A stretch of 61,911 bases of DNA from Macrostomum lignano. Lineage: Eukaryota. This document shows positions 23,285-37,400 of the stretch, in pieces. The position numbers and the translations under genes are program-made. The notes below the pieces were generated by a model, which saw only the letters and a program-made list of their open reading frames with translations, did no database searches and had not been told where the DNA came from. The stretch spans positions 1 through 61,911 of the forward strand of contig NIVC01004067.1 of NCBI GenBank assembly GCA_002269645.1, read 5' to 3'. Each line of letters starts with the position of its first letter. Position 1 is the first letter of the stretch.

Positions 23285-25869
23285 TACGAAGTAGGAACTT
23301 ACCGGCAGCTGCACAGAGAGAGAGAGAGGCGGAGTGACCGAGGGCGGCTGTAGGCTGCAGTCAGGCAGATGGTGAAGCGACGAGGCGCTGGTGTAGATCA
23401 GGCGAAGCTGATGATGCTGGGCGGTATCAGACCGCTGGCCAATAGGCGAGCTCACTCGGGGAGTTGAAGATAACTTGGCGGTAACAGACCGCGGACCGGC
23501 AGGGATTCGTCTTATAGACGAATGGGTCAGAACTCAGTCTGATGGCAAGTCTAAAGAAAGACTAGGAGCCCGAAGGTGGGCAAAAGTTGAGTCTTCTCAT
23601 GCCGAAAACCGCCTCCTTTTATAGCCTTCCCAGCCGCCGCTCCAAGGTCGTTTCCATGGCTCCCTCTCTCTGATTGGCTGCCGGCCGAATGACGTCAGAA
23701 TGAGTCATGATGAGAAACATGAGACCGGCATAGCAACATGAGAAAAAGGGAAATTGCGCAATCCGGAGGTGGGGTGGGGGGAGAATTGGCGCAGCGGGTG
23801 GTCGCGAAAGTGTTGCGCAAGCAAACATTGAGAACAATAGGGCTGGGGTCGAGAACAAAGGAATTGGAAATCGGGGATAATTGGGGAGAATCGAGGACAA
23901 TGGAAAAGTAAACATTGGAGAAAAGGTGATAATTAGGTGCGAAAACGAGAACAAAAGAAAGAGAAAATCGGAGAAAATGTGATAATTGGTGGGGATAAAG
24001 AGAACAAAAGAATCGAAAACGAGAACAATAGAAGCGGAGGTGGGGTGGGTGTCGCATGAGAAATTTGGGGAGGAGAACAATGGCATGAGAAAAGGTTGCG
24101 CAAGAGAGGGGGATGAGTCATCGATGAGTCATCGAGGGGAAGAAGGGGTCACACGACTTGCGTCACCGTTTGGGAGTTTGGGAAGGGATGGGAGATCGGT
24201 GAGCACACAAAATACTGTAAGTAAACGCAGGGAAAGGGGGGGACAGCGCAGGAAAATAGTGCAGAGAGACAAAAAGAGGGGGGAATAGGGAGAGTACAAG
24301 AAGAATAGGGTGGGGCGCAGGGGAGATAAGGTAGAGGGGAGGGTACAGAGAGGGACAGGGAGCTCCGGAAAGGCAGGTGTGGCGGCAGGGGAGACGGAAC
24401 CAAGGCAGCAGGGGGGTGCAGCAGAGCGGGAGTCTCCAGGCCTGGTCAGAGACCTGGCCGAGTCTCGACAGCTCTGTGCAGGGGGGTACGCGGGATAGGA
24501 GGCACCTTCGAAAAAGTTCCCATGCCCTATCCCGCGACCAGAGCGTGGTTACATCACCTCTCTATAATTCTCTCATCTCATATCTCATTTCATCTCAACT
24601 GTCCCTCTATCTCTCATCTCCTCTTGTCACACGTATCTTCTCATCTAATCTCTACTCTATTTCCCTCCTTTCCTTTCACACCTGGCCGGCAGCCAAAAGC
24701 TAGAATATTTCTCTGTCCCTCAAGGTAAAAAAAGTTTTCCGGCCACCCGCATGGCGTAGCCTCATTTCGGCCTGAGCTTTAGCTAGCCGTTGAATAATGG
24801 CCGAATTACGAGCGCGCGTGACAACTCCGCAACATGTTGAGGCTTCCACTCCAAAAAACAGTTTCAGGGTGAATGTCATTTCCCACACTTACACATGTTA
24901 TATATTAGCTTTCACCTTTGATTCTTTTTTGTCATGCTTTTAGCTTCGGAACTTTATTTCATGTTTAGTCGTTTAATAGATATAAAATCGACTAGTTTTG
25001 ATGATGAGCAGTGCTTTACTCTGGCTGCTGTCGGTGGTTCCTCTTGCTATTATTCGCTGCGCGCTTCCGCCGGTCGGGGCGTGCGCGCTTGTGCCACAGT
25101 GTGCAAAAAATGCACAGGTGCGTACAATGGCTATGCGTACTTTCCCCGGCTGTTTTAGTTACCAAGCGCACGCAGTCTCGTCCGTAGTAAATGAAAGTGG
25201 CTGGATATGTGTACATTAACGAACGACGCCGAGGAAGGAAGGCAAAGGCACGGCACGGGCGAGGAAGACGAACTTGCAAACGCGAGACAGGGTAGCTGGG
25301 CCAGAGCAGCCCCGCGCGGCCTAAAAAACCCCCACGGGCCGGGGGGGGGACTCAAGCACCCACCCCTCCCCCCGCCAGACAGAGCACGCACACCGGAGAG
25401 CCCACACAGGCCCGGGGCGGCCCCTCCCCGACGTGTTCGCTAACTCAGAGTAGCAACGCTACTCACCACTTAAGCAATACAAGCGGTAGGGCGCAACAGC
25501 CGCAACACCCAACACCAGTCGAAAGCTGTCGTTCTTTCTGTCAACGCCTGTTTCACTGCGCTTTTCTCTTTTCTTTGCTCTGCAATATTCATAAATCTCG
25601 TACTGCAGCAGAGACGAAGCTAACTGTACAATTATTGCAGAAAAATCTATCCACATGACTGCACACAATGTACTCATACTGTACTCTGGAGGCAAAATTT
25701 GGGCAGTAATAGTTGTAGACAATGTACTTCCGTTTAAGTCTCGTCTACCGCTGTAGTTTTCGTTTTTAAAATAGAATCTACGAGCTTTGGCCTAGCGACT
25801 AGGGAGCAGCTTTCTACAAGCACTGTAAATCTGGTGCAGTATTTTGCAATCAATTCAATCTGCTTTAGC

Positions 25870-28800
25870 ATGCAGAACTTGGGGCCGCAACTCGGAGCGA
25901 TAGGAGGCTCTCTGAGCAGCACCTGCCTTTGCGTCAAAGGCCTGAGTCCCGATAGCAGCGACCTCACTATTCGGCAACTGATGACTCAGGAAGCTGGAGT
26001 TCCCGATCACGCCATCGTGTATTCTCAGGCTATTTTAGACAAAACCACCGGCCATTGTAGAGGTTTGATTCCATTATATTATGTTTATGCTATTTTATTG
26101 TTGAATGCATTTATGTTTACTCCTAAGACCATCCGCTAAACCCTAACCGACACCAGGCCTCGGCTTCGTTGAGTTTCAAAACGAGTCGCAGGCCAACCAG
26201 GCTTTGGAGGCGATTCAGCGGCGGCCAGTGCAGGGCGATAGACGCTTGCAAATCGGATTCGCTCTTGTGAGTGCTAGTGTCATACGTCAGCAAACATTTT
26301 CGTAGGGAAGTCCACAAAATATGAAAGTAAAGCTTATAGTTAAATCATTTTTAATGGCTATTCAATCTAAACAGGAGAACGAGAAGGATCTTACTAGCGT
26401 GTACTTGTGGAATTTGCCGGTGTCGTGCAGCGATTATTGGATTCGACAGGTCCTTGTCAATAGCCTCATCATGAACAGAAAGATTACTCAGCCGATTAAG
26501 TCCGTCAAGGCCCTTCCAGCCAATCCAAAGTACTCAATCGGATTCATTCGCTTCGGAGAAGAGAGCGATGCAGCAGCAGCGATTGAGTTCTTTATCAGAA
26601 ACGGTCTCGAGTTCAGCTATCGGTTCGGATGCTCGGACCGGCTTGCGGCTAGACTGGCAGACAAAGCAAGCCCCAGAGCAAGGCTTGATCAGATCGCTCG
26701 GCTGTCTGCCAATCAGCGAGGGTCTATGAATGATGGCCGGTCAATGAGCTTTGAGGACATCGTAAAGCCGAATCCGGTTCTCTCTGTGAGTCAACTCGAT
26801 CTGCTGAATTTTAACTACAACTATAGAACGAATCGATTTAATCCTATTGTCTGACAGGGGAAGGCTTTGCAGAGCGATTCAAAAGCAGCAAAGTGCGTAC
26901 ATCATTGTGCTATGTGAAACACAGAAACAATCGCTTTAAAGCCCAGACAGGAAGTTAGAAAACAGATGCTGTGTTCCCTTATCCGTCGTACCAAGTAACG
27001 TTGCTTTGTCACTAGGATACTCGAATGTACTCGTATATGATGCATTGTGCTTTTCTTTATCAATTCACCTATATGTACTTTATTCAACTTTATTTTACCG
27101 ATTATCCGAATTTAATTACTTTTTACATCAGGAAATCTCTGCGGAGCCACTCCAGCTAAAGGACGCTGAGAGCCCCTTCAAGTGGAATGCTCACGAAGGC
27201 TCACTAAGAACTCCAGAGGATGTAATTCGCAAACTGTCTGAAAAACTTAAGCTGGAGCCGATGCTATCCGCAGCGTATGGAGGTCTGCTTGCTGCTTACC
27301 ATTCTGCTGCTTCTCCAAGCCGCAAACTGATTGATTTTAGCAAGGCAAGAAAGCACCTGAAGGATGCAATAGAAGCTGCCAATAGTGCCCATCAACATCA
27401 CGTTAGGTGCGACTTTGTCCTGGAGGCCATCTCTCTTCATCTGGATCAACAACAAAAGAAAACGTCTCCTGAGTTCGATGAACGCGTAAAGGCTCTGGGT
27501 CAGGCTTGGAACGTTCCAGATAATGCACAGCGAATCGAAGTCAGAGCCAATGCATTTCACGTCAAGGCACTGGCACTGTTTAACCAAGGGATAGAGAAAT
27601 ACGTCCAGGCAGAGGAAGCTGTTAGGACCAGCTTGAGCTTGCGACCCGACAATTTTATGTGCGTCTACCTGCTGGCGTACATTTTAGCGCGCTTGCGCAG
27701 ATACCGCAAAAACAGGGCTGCTGCGGGTCCAGAAGAGCTGCTCCTGTGGAAGCGGAGCGAGGAGCTCGCTAACTTGCAGAACCTGGACGATGCGCCCAAA
27801 GAAATTCGGCTGTATTACCAGCAGTTTTTAATTAACTATTCAGAGGCACTTTTGAATAACGCTGACCTAAAGGAAAAGTGCCAAAGCTTGGCTTCTGAAA
27901 CGTTCCTGGCATTAAAGAACCTGAACGCAGAAGATTTAGAATGCCACTACCGAATCGCTCTCAAATGTGAAAAAGTGTTTCGAATTCTCAAATTGCAATT
28001 GAATGACACTCAAACCCCACGAAGCATCTTACTCAGCCTAAAAGATGTAACAAAAAACTCTCAGTTATTTTTTTCATTGGCAAAACTGATGGAAAATGAA
28101 TCTGACTATGAAGAGTATGAGAGTTTGCTCGTCCGAGCTCAGCAGGTGGCGCCCGAGCCTGGACACATTTGGGTAGACGTGTGTTTGCAGGAATACCGAG
28201 AGGAAAGACCGAATGATTTCACTCACGAGTTTATTTTGGACGAGTTTGATACGAGGATAGCCAAATACAAGGATAATGTTAGAAACAAGTCTGCAATTCA
28301 GTATGCCAAGGGAGCCTACATGTGTCGGCGGCAGCTCGTTGACAGCGGCTTTGAGTCGATGGTCGAAGCAGTTCAAGTGTGTCCTGATGTCAGAGTTTAC
28401 TTTCCTCCTTGGAAAAAAGAAAAAATATTGCAAATTCTATGCGAACGGACAGAAAGACCCGAACTGGAGGCTTGGTTCAGGCTGCACATCATGAACTGGG
28501 ATCTTCAATCTACACAAATTATTTTCGAACGCTTTCAGAAGGCGCTGCAAAGTGAAAACTCGGATCACCAGCTGGTGTACGAGCATCTTGGTCTGTTATA
28601 CCTTCGCCTTCAAGACTTCAAAGCTGCCAAAGAAAACTTCCAAAAACTTCAGTCTGAAAATCCTCGTAAAAACTCTCTGCTGTCGTCCGCTTTGCTCAAA
28701 CGTGCCGAATCGAGAGATGAAGCTGAAAAGAGAGACTTGATTGTCGAGGCTCTCCGACTTGGAAACCCGGAGGCTTGCAAGCCCGCTCAACACTTGCTGG

Positions 28801-29690
28801 ACAACCGACGGGATCATCAGCGGCGGTTCCCTCTAGAAGCCATCAAGCAGAAGTACTGTCCTGAGCACCCCGACAGACCAGTGCAGATCGTGCCGTGGCT
28901 GTTCAGCAATGACTCGTACGAGCTGCTCGCTCTGATCAGCATCGCGTCACAGGAGGACTATGAAAACTACACAGAAACGTCGCCTCTGGTCCAGACGGAT
29001 CTGCAGAAATAGAGACTGGCTCTGGAGCGAGTAGAGCAGCTCGGGAAACAGACTGAGAACGATTATTATAATGCCATCATGGAAACCCTGAAACTCGCAA
29101 AAAGTGCAATGGATGGATTAACTGCAAAACTGGATGGCTCCGAAATGGACAAGAAACTTGATTACTTCCCATACGGCTTCCGGTATATGAATGTAAAAAA
29201 GGATGAGACAAAAAAGTTGATTTGCGGATTACAGAAACAAAGCCACGAAAATCGAAGAACGGAGATTAACAAGAAACTTTCAAATTTGCTCAAGTTGAAG
29301 GCATCCGCCACTGATGAAGCGAATCAGAGAGTAAATGCGCTCGTTGATTTGCTGAGCACTCGAGAATCAAAAGCGTTTCAGTTCCAGCAGCCATTTGCTT
29401 GGCTTGTGATCTGGCAGGAGTTGAGAAACAAAGCGGAGCACTCGAGCGCACAGAAGCCCATGAAGACTTTGATTCCAGAGTTATTGGAGGCCTGGAACTG
29501 CGACCCAGATTGTGCTGGAAGCGTCGCGCACATGGCTGCGGAGTTCGCTGAGGAGACACGACTGATATTCGAGGCCGAGACTGAGGCGCTTCGAGCAGCC
29601 ACTGGTAAGACCGGAGTACCAGTAGAAGATTTGAACTCAGCCCAGTCGAGACCCACCAAGAAGTTTTTGGCTTTGCATCTTTCTGACTGA
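25870..29690 (+). CDS. RRM-RRM-TPR-like protein, paralogue A; exons 25870-26062, 26157-26266, 26375-26785, 27132-29690; in-frame TAG at 29010-29012
   Basis: All three introns are GT-AG, phase-consistent and shared with paralogue B. RNP2 CLCVKGL and RNP1 RGLGFVEF; second RRM VYLWNLP...IGFIRF; helical repeats such as YEHLGLLYLRLQDFKAAKENFQKL. Confidence 0.8.
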
Positions 29691-30580
29691 AAGCTTTGTT
29701 TATCTATTGACCATTTCTGTGTTTTCGCTTGAGGCTTTTCTGAATTATGTACCGACAATGTTGCATGTAGTGTCCTGAACGGCGCGTTCAGACCGGATAC
29801 TGACTGGAATATGACTAACTACTGACTAAAGTTGCTGCTGCCCGAACGCTTTTTTTATTTACATGTACTCCCGTACTCAGTCTCGGCACCCGCTGTAGAT
29901 TTTTAAGGGTTTTTAGCGTTGACAGTTTCGTATTTGCTTTGCTTTTTAACTTCGACCTGTTTCGTTATTTTTTCTTACCTAACAAATTATGTAATTTTCC
30001 CTTTGACCAAGAAGTGCACTGTTGTGCAGCCTTCATGTACTTTTATTAATTTTGTCTTTTGCGAGTTTAAAATCACTTTCCAATTTTTTATTAATTTGCT
30101 CATTGAAGTTACTCTTAGCAGGTCCTGGTTTCTTCTGAGTTCGAGCAACTTCTCGCTTCATTCATTTGGCCTAATATATAAGGTGTGATAAAATTCCATT
30201 GCCGTTTTTAATTGAAGCACGCAGCCACACACAACGCTGCTGAACCAACATTGACTTTTAGCTATAAGTACGAGCTATTAGATTCCTTGATTGACTTTTG
30301 TAAGCCCTCAAAATTTTTGTATGCTTATGTTTTTCATGTACTAGGCTTTTTGGCTCTCTTTAGGCCTTTCTAAATCCCACTGATATGCCACCAAAGCTGT
30401 CCAATGGGTTACTTCGGCCATCTAAGTCAATTCACAACGTCACCACAAAGTAACAGTGCTTTGCTTTTCTTATTAAATCCAACTGTTGATACCAAGTTGT
30501 GCTACTGCTGTTAACTGTTTCTTAGAATCAGTCTGTGAATTAGTCGCTTAGTACATTTTGAAAGTATTCAACGTATATAG

Positions 30581-31336
30581 TCTGGTAGCGTCTAATGTAT
30601 TATTCTGGTAGCGTTCACTATATAAGTCTGGTAGCGTCTATTGTATTATTCTGGTAGCGTCTATTGTATTATTCTGGTAGCGTCTATTGTATTATTCTGG
30701 TAGCGTCTATTGTATTATTCTTGTAGCGTCTATTGTATTATTCTTGTAGCGTCTATTGTATTATTCTTGTAGCGTCTATTGTATTATTCTAGTAGCGTCT
30801 ATTGTATTATTCTGGTAGCGTCTATTGTATTATTCTGGTAGCGTCTATTGTATTATTCTTGTACCGTCTATTGTATTATTCTTGTAGCGTCTATTGTATT
30901 ATTCTGGTTGCGTCTATTGTATTATTCTTGTAGCGTCTATTGTATTATTCTTGTAGCGTCTATTGTATTATTCTGGTTGCGTCTATTGTATTATTCTTGT
31001 AGCGTCTATTGTATTATTCTAGTAGCGTCTATTGTATTATTCTGGTAGCGTCTATTGTATTATTCTGGTAGCGTCTATTGTATTATTCTTGTAGCGTCTA
31101 TTGTATTATTCTTGTAGCGTCTATTGTATTATTCTAGTAGCGTCTATTGTATTATTCTGGTAGCGTCTATTGTATTATTCTGGTAGCGTCTATTGTATTA
31201 TTCTGGTAGCGTCTATTGTATTATTCTGGTAGCGTCTATTGTATTATTCTTGTAGCGTCTATTGTATTATTCTTGTAGCGTCTATTGTATTATTCTAGTA
31301 GCGTCTATTGTATTATTCTGGTAGCGTCTATTGTAT
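30581..31336. repeat. 23-bp tandem repeat (GTAGCGTCTATTGTATTATTCT[G/T/A]), about 33 copies
   Basis: Read directly from the sequence. Confidence 0.97.
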
Positions 31337-32750
31337 AAGTTGGCCTGAGCGGTCTTTACTGGCACATGTACTTTTCCAATCCGGCCGATACCGGGATCAG
31401 AGGGTTAAGACAAGAGGCTCTTTTGTATATCTCTCTGGATTACTCCACAATTCTCTCTCTTAGAAAATTTCTTTGAACTGTTTGTTTCTCAGCTTGAAAT
31501 TGAATAAGTCGCTCTGAACTTGGAAACTCTAAGGATGTATAGATTGAACTGCTATTAGCCTGCTTGCAAACGAGTGCTCACAGACGGTTGGTTTATTTGA
31601 CAGAAAACTCGTTCCTGTATATACCCAAATTTCTCAGATACAATTATAAAAATAATATTTCCTTAATTTATTTCCTGCATTAGAAAAAATTATTTACCGT
31701 ATTAAAACAATTATTTGGTGCATTAAAACAAACAAATTTTAGCATCTCGCGTAGATTTAATTTCTTAGAAAGGATACAATATTATTTGAGTATTACTGTT
31801 TACATTGATAAAAATATTCGAGTAGCACTATTACATTCAAAAGATTATTTTTTGTTTTAAAAATCAAATAAGTTGTTGCTCAAAGTTTCGAACTTGCACT
31901 GTGACGTATCAGCATTTTTCTTACTCGGAAGTTCTTGCAAAATGTGTGTGGGACTTTGAATAGAAAACTCTTCCTCAATGTACCAGCGGACCCACCCCAT
32001 GGGGTCTGAGAAGCAGAGCGACCATGAATTTCTGAATCGTTGATAATTTGAAACAGAACTATCTAAGCAATGTCAGTATAAATATAGAAATTTTCATAAA
32101 TTTCAAGTTTATTATTTCGAAACTTATTGATTAAAAAATGAAGAATTGTATGCAACAGTTTCTATTTTAAAAACTGCTTCGCTTGACAGCCGGCAAGAAC
32201 GCGGTGTAATAAGAGGACAAAGTTGTAGCGATAAACTGTGGAGAGCGGCGCAATTGTAGCTACTTTTGCTTAAGAGTACGCTACTAACAGTAGTATATGG
32301 CTAAGCAGCTATGAACGATTTACTAGTAAGAAGAATTAGTTAATCTTATTATTCAATGCGTACGTACGCTAAAGACTGATTATTTATTATAACATGCTAC
32401 GTTTTACAAGGTTTCATAGACTGGCTCTGATGCGCCCAACCAAGTCTGCCATACGCTTGCAGAAGAGACTACAAATTATATGTTCAGATATGAGTAAAGT
32501 CTCTCAGAAACGGAATCTAATTAAACCAATAAACAAACATATTACACTGGAATAAATTCGCGCAAATAATTATAACAGCGAAGACCTAATATCAAGTTTG
32601 GTTAAAATTCAAAGTGAGGCGTTTCAAACAGACAATTCAAACAGGAGGGTCGCAGTAAAAAGAAACAGGGGTGAGCGAAGGCGATCGATAATTTTATTGC
32701 CCTCACACACCACCAGATATTCACAATTGGGTGTACGAGCATACATGTAC

Positions 32751-32751
<1 letters not shown>

Positions 32752-32793
<42 letters not shown>

Positions 32794-32803
32794 GAAAGAG
32801 AGA
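32752..32803. repeat. (GA)n microsatellite
   Basis: Read directly from the sequence. Confidence 0.9.
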
Positions 32804-32941
32804 GGGCTGAGGAGAGAGCCCGGCGTAGAAAAAAATGAAGAAATCCAAGAGTCACAAGACCTACGAGTATTCACAACAAACAGCAACATCGAGAGTTTAC
32901 CGATCAAATTGTTTATGCAAACTTCCTCTCCATTTTTCTTT

Positions 32942-34091
32942 ATCCATTCTATTCCTGCACCCATGATAGGCTAGATTAGCAATCCATTCTATTCCTGCAC
33001 CCATGATAGGCTAGATTAGCAATCCATTATATTCCTGCACCCATGATAGGCTAGATTAGCAATCCATTCTACTCCTGCATCCATGATAGGCTAGATTAGC
33101 AATCCATTCTATTCCTGCATCCATGATAGGCTAGATTAGCAATCCATTCTATTCCTGCATCCATGATAGGCTAGATTAGCAATCCATTCTATTCCTGCAC
33201 CCATGATGGGCTAGATTAGCAATCCATTCTATTCCTGTACCCATGATAGGCTAGATTAGCAATCCATTCTATTCCTGCACCCATGATGGGCTAGATTAGC
33301 AATCCATTCTATTCCTGCACCCATGATGGGCTAGATTAGCAATCCATTCTATTCCTGCATCCATGATAGGCTAGATTAGCAATCCATTCTATTCCTGCAC
33401 CCATGATAGGCTAGATTAGCAATCCACTCTATTCCTGCACCCATGATAGGCTAGATTAGCAATCCATTCTATTCCTGCACCCATGATAGGCTAGATTAGC
33501 AATCCATTCTATTCCTGCACCCATGATAGGCTAGATTAGCAATCCATTCTATTCCTGCACCCATGATAGGCTAGATTAGCAATCCACTCTATTCCTGCAC
33601 CCATGATAGGCTACATTAGCAATCCATTCTATTCCTGCACCCATGATAGGCTAGATTAGCAATCCATTCTATTCCTGCACCCATGATAGGCTAGATTAGC
33701 AATCCATTCTATTCCTGCATCCGTGATAGGCTAGATTAGCAATCCATTCTATTCCTGCACCCATGATGGGCTACATTAGCAATCCATTCTATTCCTGCAC
33801 CCATGATAGGCTAGATTAGCAATCCATTCTATTCCTGCACCCATGATAGGCTAGATTAGCAATCCACTCTATTCCTGCATCCATGATAGGCTAGATTAGC
33901 AATCCATTCTATTCCTGCATCCATGATAGGCTAGATTAGCAATCCATTCTATTCCTGCACCCATGATAGGCTAGATTAGCAATCCATTCTATTCCTGCAC
34001 CCATGATAGGCTAGATTAGCAATCCATTCTATTCCTGCACCCATGATAGGCTAGATTAGCAATCCACTCTATTCCTGCATCCATGATTAGC
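32942..34091. repeat. 40-bp tandem repeat (ATCCATTCTATTCCTGCACCCATGATAGGCTAGATTAGCA), about 29 copies
   Basis: Read directly from the sequence. Confidence 0.98.
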
Positions 34092-34417
34092 TGAGATTCG
34101 CATCCTATTCTTATTTCGCTTTCATCTTTAAAATGATTGTTCGGATGTTTTCACTTGACAGGCAAACTCCATGATTTAAGTATGTGAACCGAAAATATAA
34201 TTGCATGCATGCATTCGAAATTTTTATTGCATAAAGTGAATAAATGAAAAAAAGTTCCGGAAACGCCATTACCAGCCTAGTTAAGTTGGCTGCGGGGACA
34301 GACAGCATCGGCAGAGCATTCAGTTCGGCAGTTTTATAATTTTTGATAGCTTGTGCAGGACAGGAGGCACAGGTGTCGTCTTTGCAGTGTTGGACAACTT
34401 CAATTGGTGCTTTGGCC

Positions 34418-37400
34418 TCACTTAGTAATTGCTTTTTGAAGCTCCTCAGTCTCGGCCTCGAATATCAGTCGTGTCTCCTCAGCGAACTCCGCAGCCATGT
34501 GCGCAACGCTTCCAGCACAATCTGGGTCGCAGTTCCAGGCCTCCAATAACTCTGGAATCAAGGTCTTCATGGGCTTCTGTGCGCTCGAGTGCTCCGCTTT
34601 ATTTCTCAACTCCTGCCAAATTACAAGCCAAGCAAATGGCTGCTGGAACTGAAACGCTTTTGATTCTCGAGCGCTCAGCAAATCAACGAGCGCATTTACT
34701 CTCTGATTCGCTTCGTCAGTGGCGGATGCCTTCAACTTGAGCAAATTTGAAAGCCTCTTTTTGATCTCTTCTCGTCGTTTTTTGTGCGTTAATTGTTTCT
34801 TTAATGCGCAGATTTTGTTATCAGTGTCCGGCCCTTTTATAAAGCTGAAGCCGTATGGGAAGTAATCAAGTTTCTTGTCCATTTCGTAGCCATCCAGTTT
34901 TGCAGTTAATCCATCCATTGCACTTTTTGCGAGTTTCAGGGTTTCCATGATGGCATTATAATACTTGCTTTCAGTCTGTTTCCCGCGCTGCTCTAGACGC
35001 TCCAGAGCCAGTCTCGATTTCCGCAGATCCGTCTGGACCAGAGGCGACGTTTTTGAGTAGTTTTCATAGTTCTTCTCTGACGCGATGCTGATCAGAGCGA
35101 GCAGCTCGTACGAGTCCTTGCTGAACAGCCACGGCACGATCTGCATCTCACTCTCGGGGTCTTTAGGACAGTACTTCTGCTTGATGGCTTCTAGAGGGAA
35201 CCGCAGCTGATGATCCAGTCGGTTGTCCAGCAAGAGTCGAGCGGGCTGGCACGCCTCCGGGTTTCCAAGTCGGAGAGCCTCGACAATCAAGTCTCTCTTT
35301 TCAGCTTCATCTCTCGATTCGGCACGTTTGAGCAAAGCGGACGACAGCAGAGAGTTTCTGCGAGGATTTTCAGACTGAAGTTTTCGGAAATTTTCTTCTG
35401 AAGCTTGAAAGTCTCGAAGGCGAAAGTATAACAGACCAAGATGCTCGTACACCAGCTGGTGATTCGAGTTTTCACTATTTAAGGCTTCGGTATAGAGCTG
35501 AACAATTCTCTGTGGTTCATCTGACTGCAAGTCAAGGTCCAGCATATGCTGTTTAAACCAAGCCTCGAATTCGCATCTGTCAGTCTTCTGGCTCAGATTT
35601 TTTAGCGTCTCATCTTTTTTCGATTTATGGATATGAACTCGAACCTCAGGATAGACCTGCACCGCTTTGACCATTTCTTCAAAACCATCAGCAACCCTCT
35701 CTGTTTCAGAAAATGTCATCATAAAGGCTCCCTTCGAGTACAGACAAACGGCTTCGTACCTGGGATAATCCTGATGATATCTTTCAGCGAGAGTGTCATA
35801 CTCATTCAAAATATCGACGGCCGAAAACTTGTCGCTTCTTTTTTGTTTGAAGTTTTAATAATAAATATCAACCCAAATGTGTCCAGGCTCATAAGACAAC
35901 TCTTGGGCCCTTATCAGCAGCTCTTCGCACCTTTCATCTTCTTTTTTCTCTTCAGCCAACATCGCTAATCTGAAAAGCAGATCAGAATTTTTAGTATCCT
36001 TCTCTAGGCGTTGCAATATTTCCTGGAGTTCCTGCGTTTCTGGATGCTTGCGAATCCGAAAGATTTTTTCACACCTGAAGACAATTCGGTAATGTTCATC
36101 CAATACCTGAGTACTTATGTTTCTCAATGCTTGGTACGTGGCATTCGTGAGTTCCAGGCACTTGTCTTCTAAGCTCCGGTTGTTCAAAATAGCCTCCGCA
36201 TAGTTTATTAAAAACTGATAGAAGTACATTTTTGTTCCTTCATTCTTATCCTGCCACCGGTGTTCATTTGCCAGATCATATGCACGATTCCACAGGAACA
36301 ACTCCTCCGCATCAGCAGGCGTCCTGTTGTTGTGATGGCGACGCACTCGCGCACGAATATACGCCAGCAGGTAGATGCACATGAAGTTATCCGGTCGCAA
36401 GCTCAGACTTGATTTCACAGCTTCCTCTGCCTCATCGTACTTTTTTATGCCTTGGTGAAAAAAGTCCAGAGCTTTAACGTGAAAAACGTTGGCTCTGATC
36501 TCGATGCGCTTGGCCTCATCTTGAGTGTTCCAGATCTTGTTGAGGGCCTTGACGTGTTCAGTGAAGTTGAGTTGGTTCCGGCTCTGCTTAGCATCCAGGT
36601 TTAACTCAATGGCTTGCAAGACGAATTCGCATCTGACATGACCTTCATCTGCGTCTTTGCCATAGTCTACTGCGCTCTTCAAGTATTCCCTTGACTTTCT
36701 GAAGTCGATATGCTTACGCCGATTGAATCTGGTTCCGTGATAAGCAGCCAGGAGGCCATGATAAGCCGATGAGAGCATTGGCTCAAGTTTCAGTCGGTCC
36801 AAAATTGTGTCGATCACATCCTCTATATTTTTGTCGGAGCCATCGTATGCGCACCATTTGAATGGGTTTTCGGCGTCTTTCAGTTCGAGTGGTTTCTTTG
36901 TGATTTCCTGAAATGAATTTCAGAATGAATGATCCGAGTCAATTGTTGAACAGTCAGTTAAGGTTTTGATTAATTATCCTTTTGAGAAATTCTCTTTAAG
37001 TAGAGTATGCTGTCTAATATTAGGAGAAAGACGAATCGCTCCGGCCCTTTTAGCGTGACTTTAACAATATACATAGCAATAGTAATATGCTATAGTCTTC
37101 TCAATTGTCATATCAATGCTTTAACGAGCTACTACTCAGCATTATTCCCCTCAGTGCCACTCTGCATCATTCTCCTACTGTATTAACCTCCAGACTTTGC
37201 AAGTATCGAATGAGATAAGCGATAAGGATTCAAAGAACCACAGCAGCATCTCAGCTGACAGCAGCTGCAAGTTGCATTTACATGTACTCGTATTTTGTAA
37301 GCTTGGTCCGTTCGTACTATTAGTATGAGGCGATATTAGAGCATTTATATCTTAATACGAGCCATGTAGAGCATATCACTAGTCTGGTGTAGGGTAAAAC

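Noticed and set aside
23300-24720. Several 60-155 aa ORFs in purine-rich sequence
   Set aside because: Low-complexity composition with no recognisable domain or consistent splice model.
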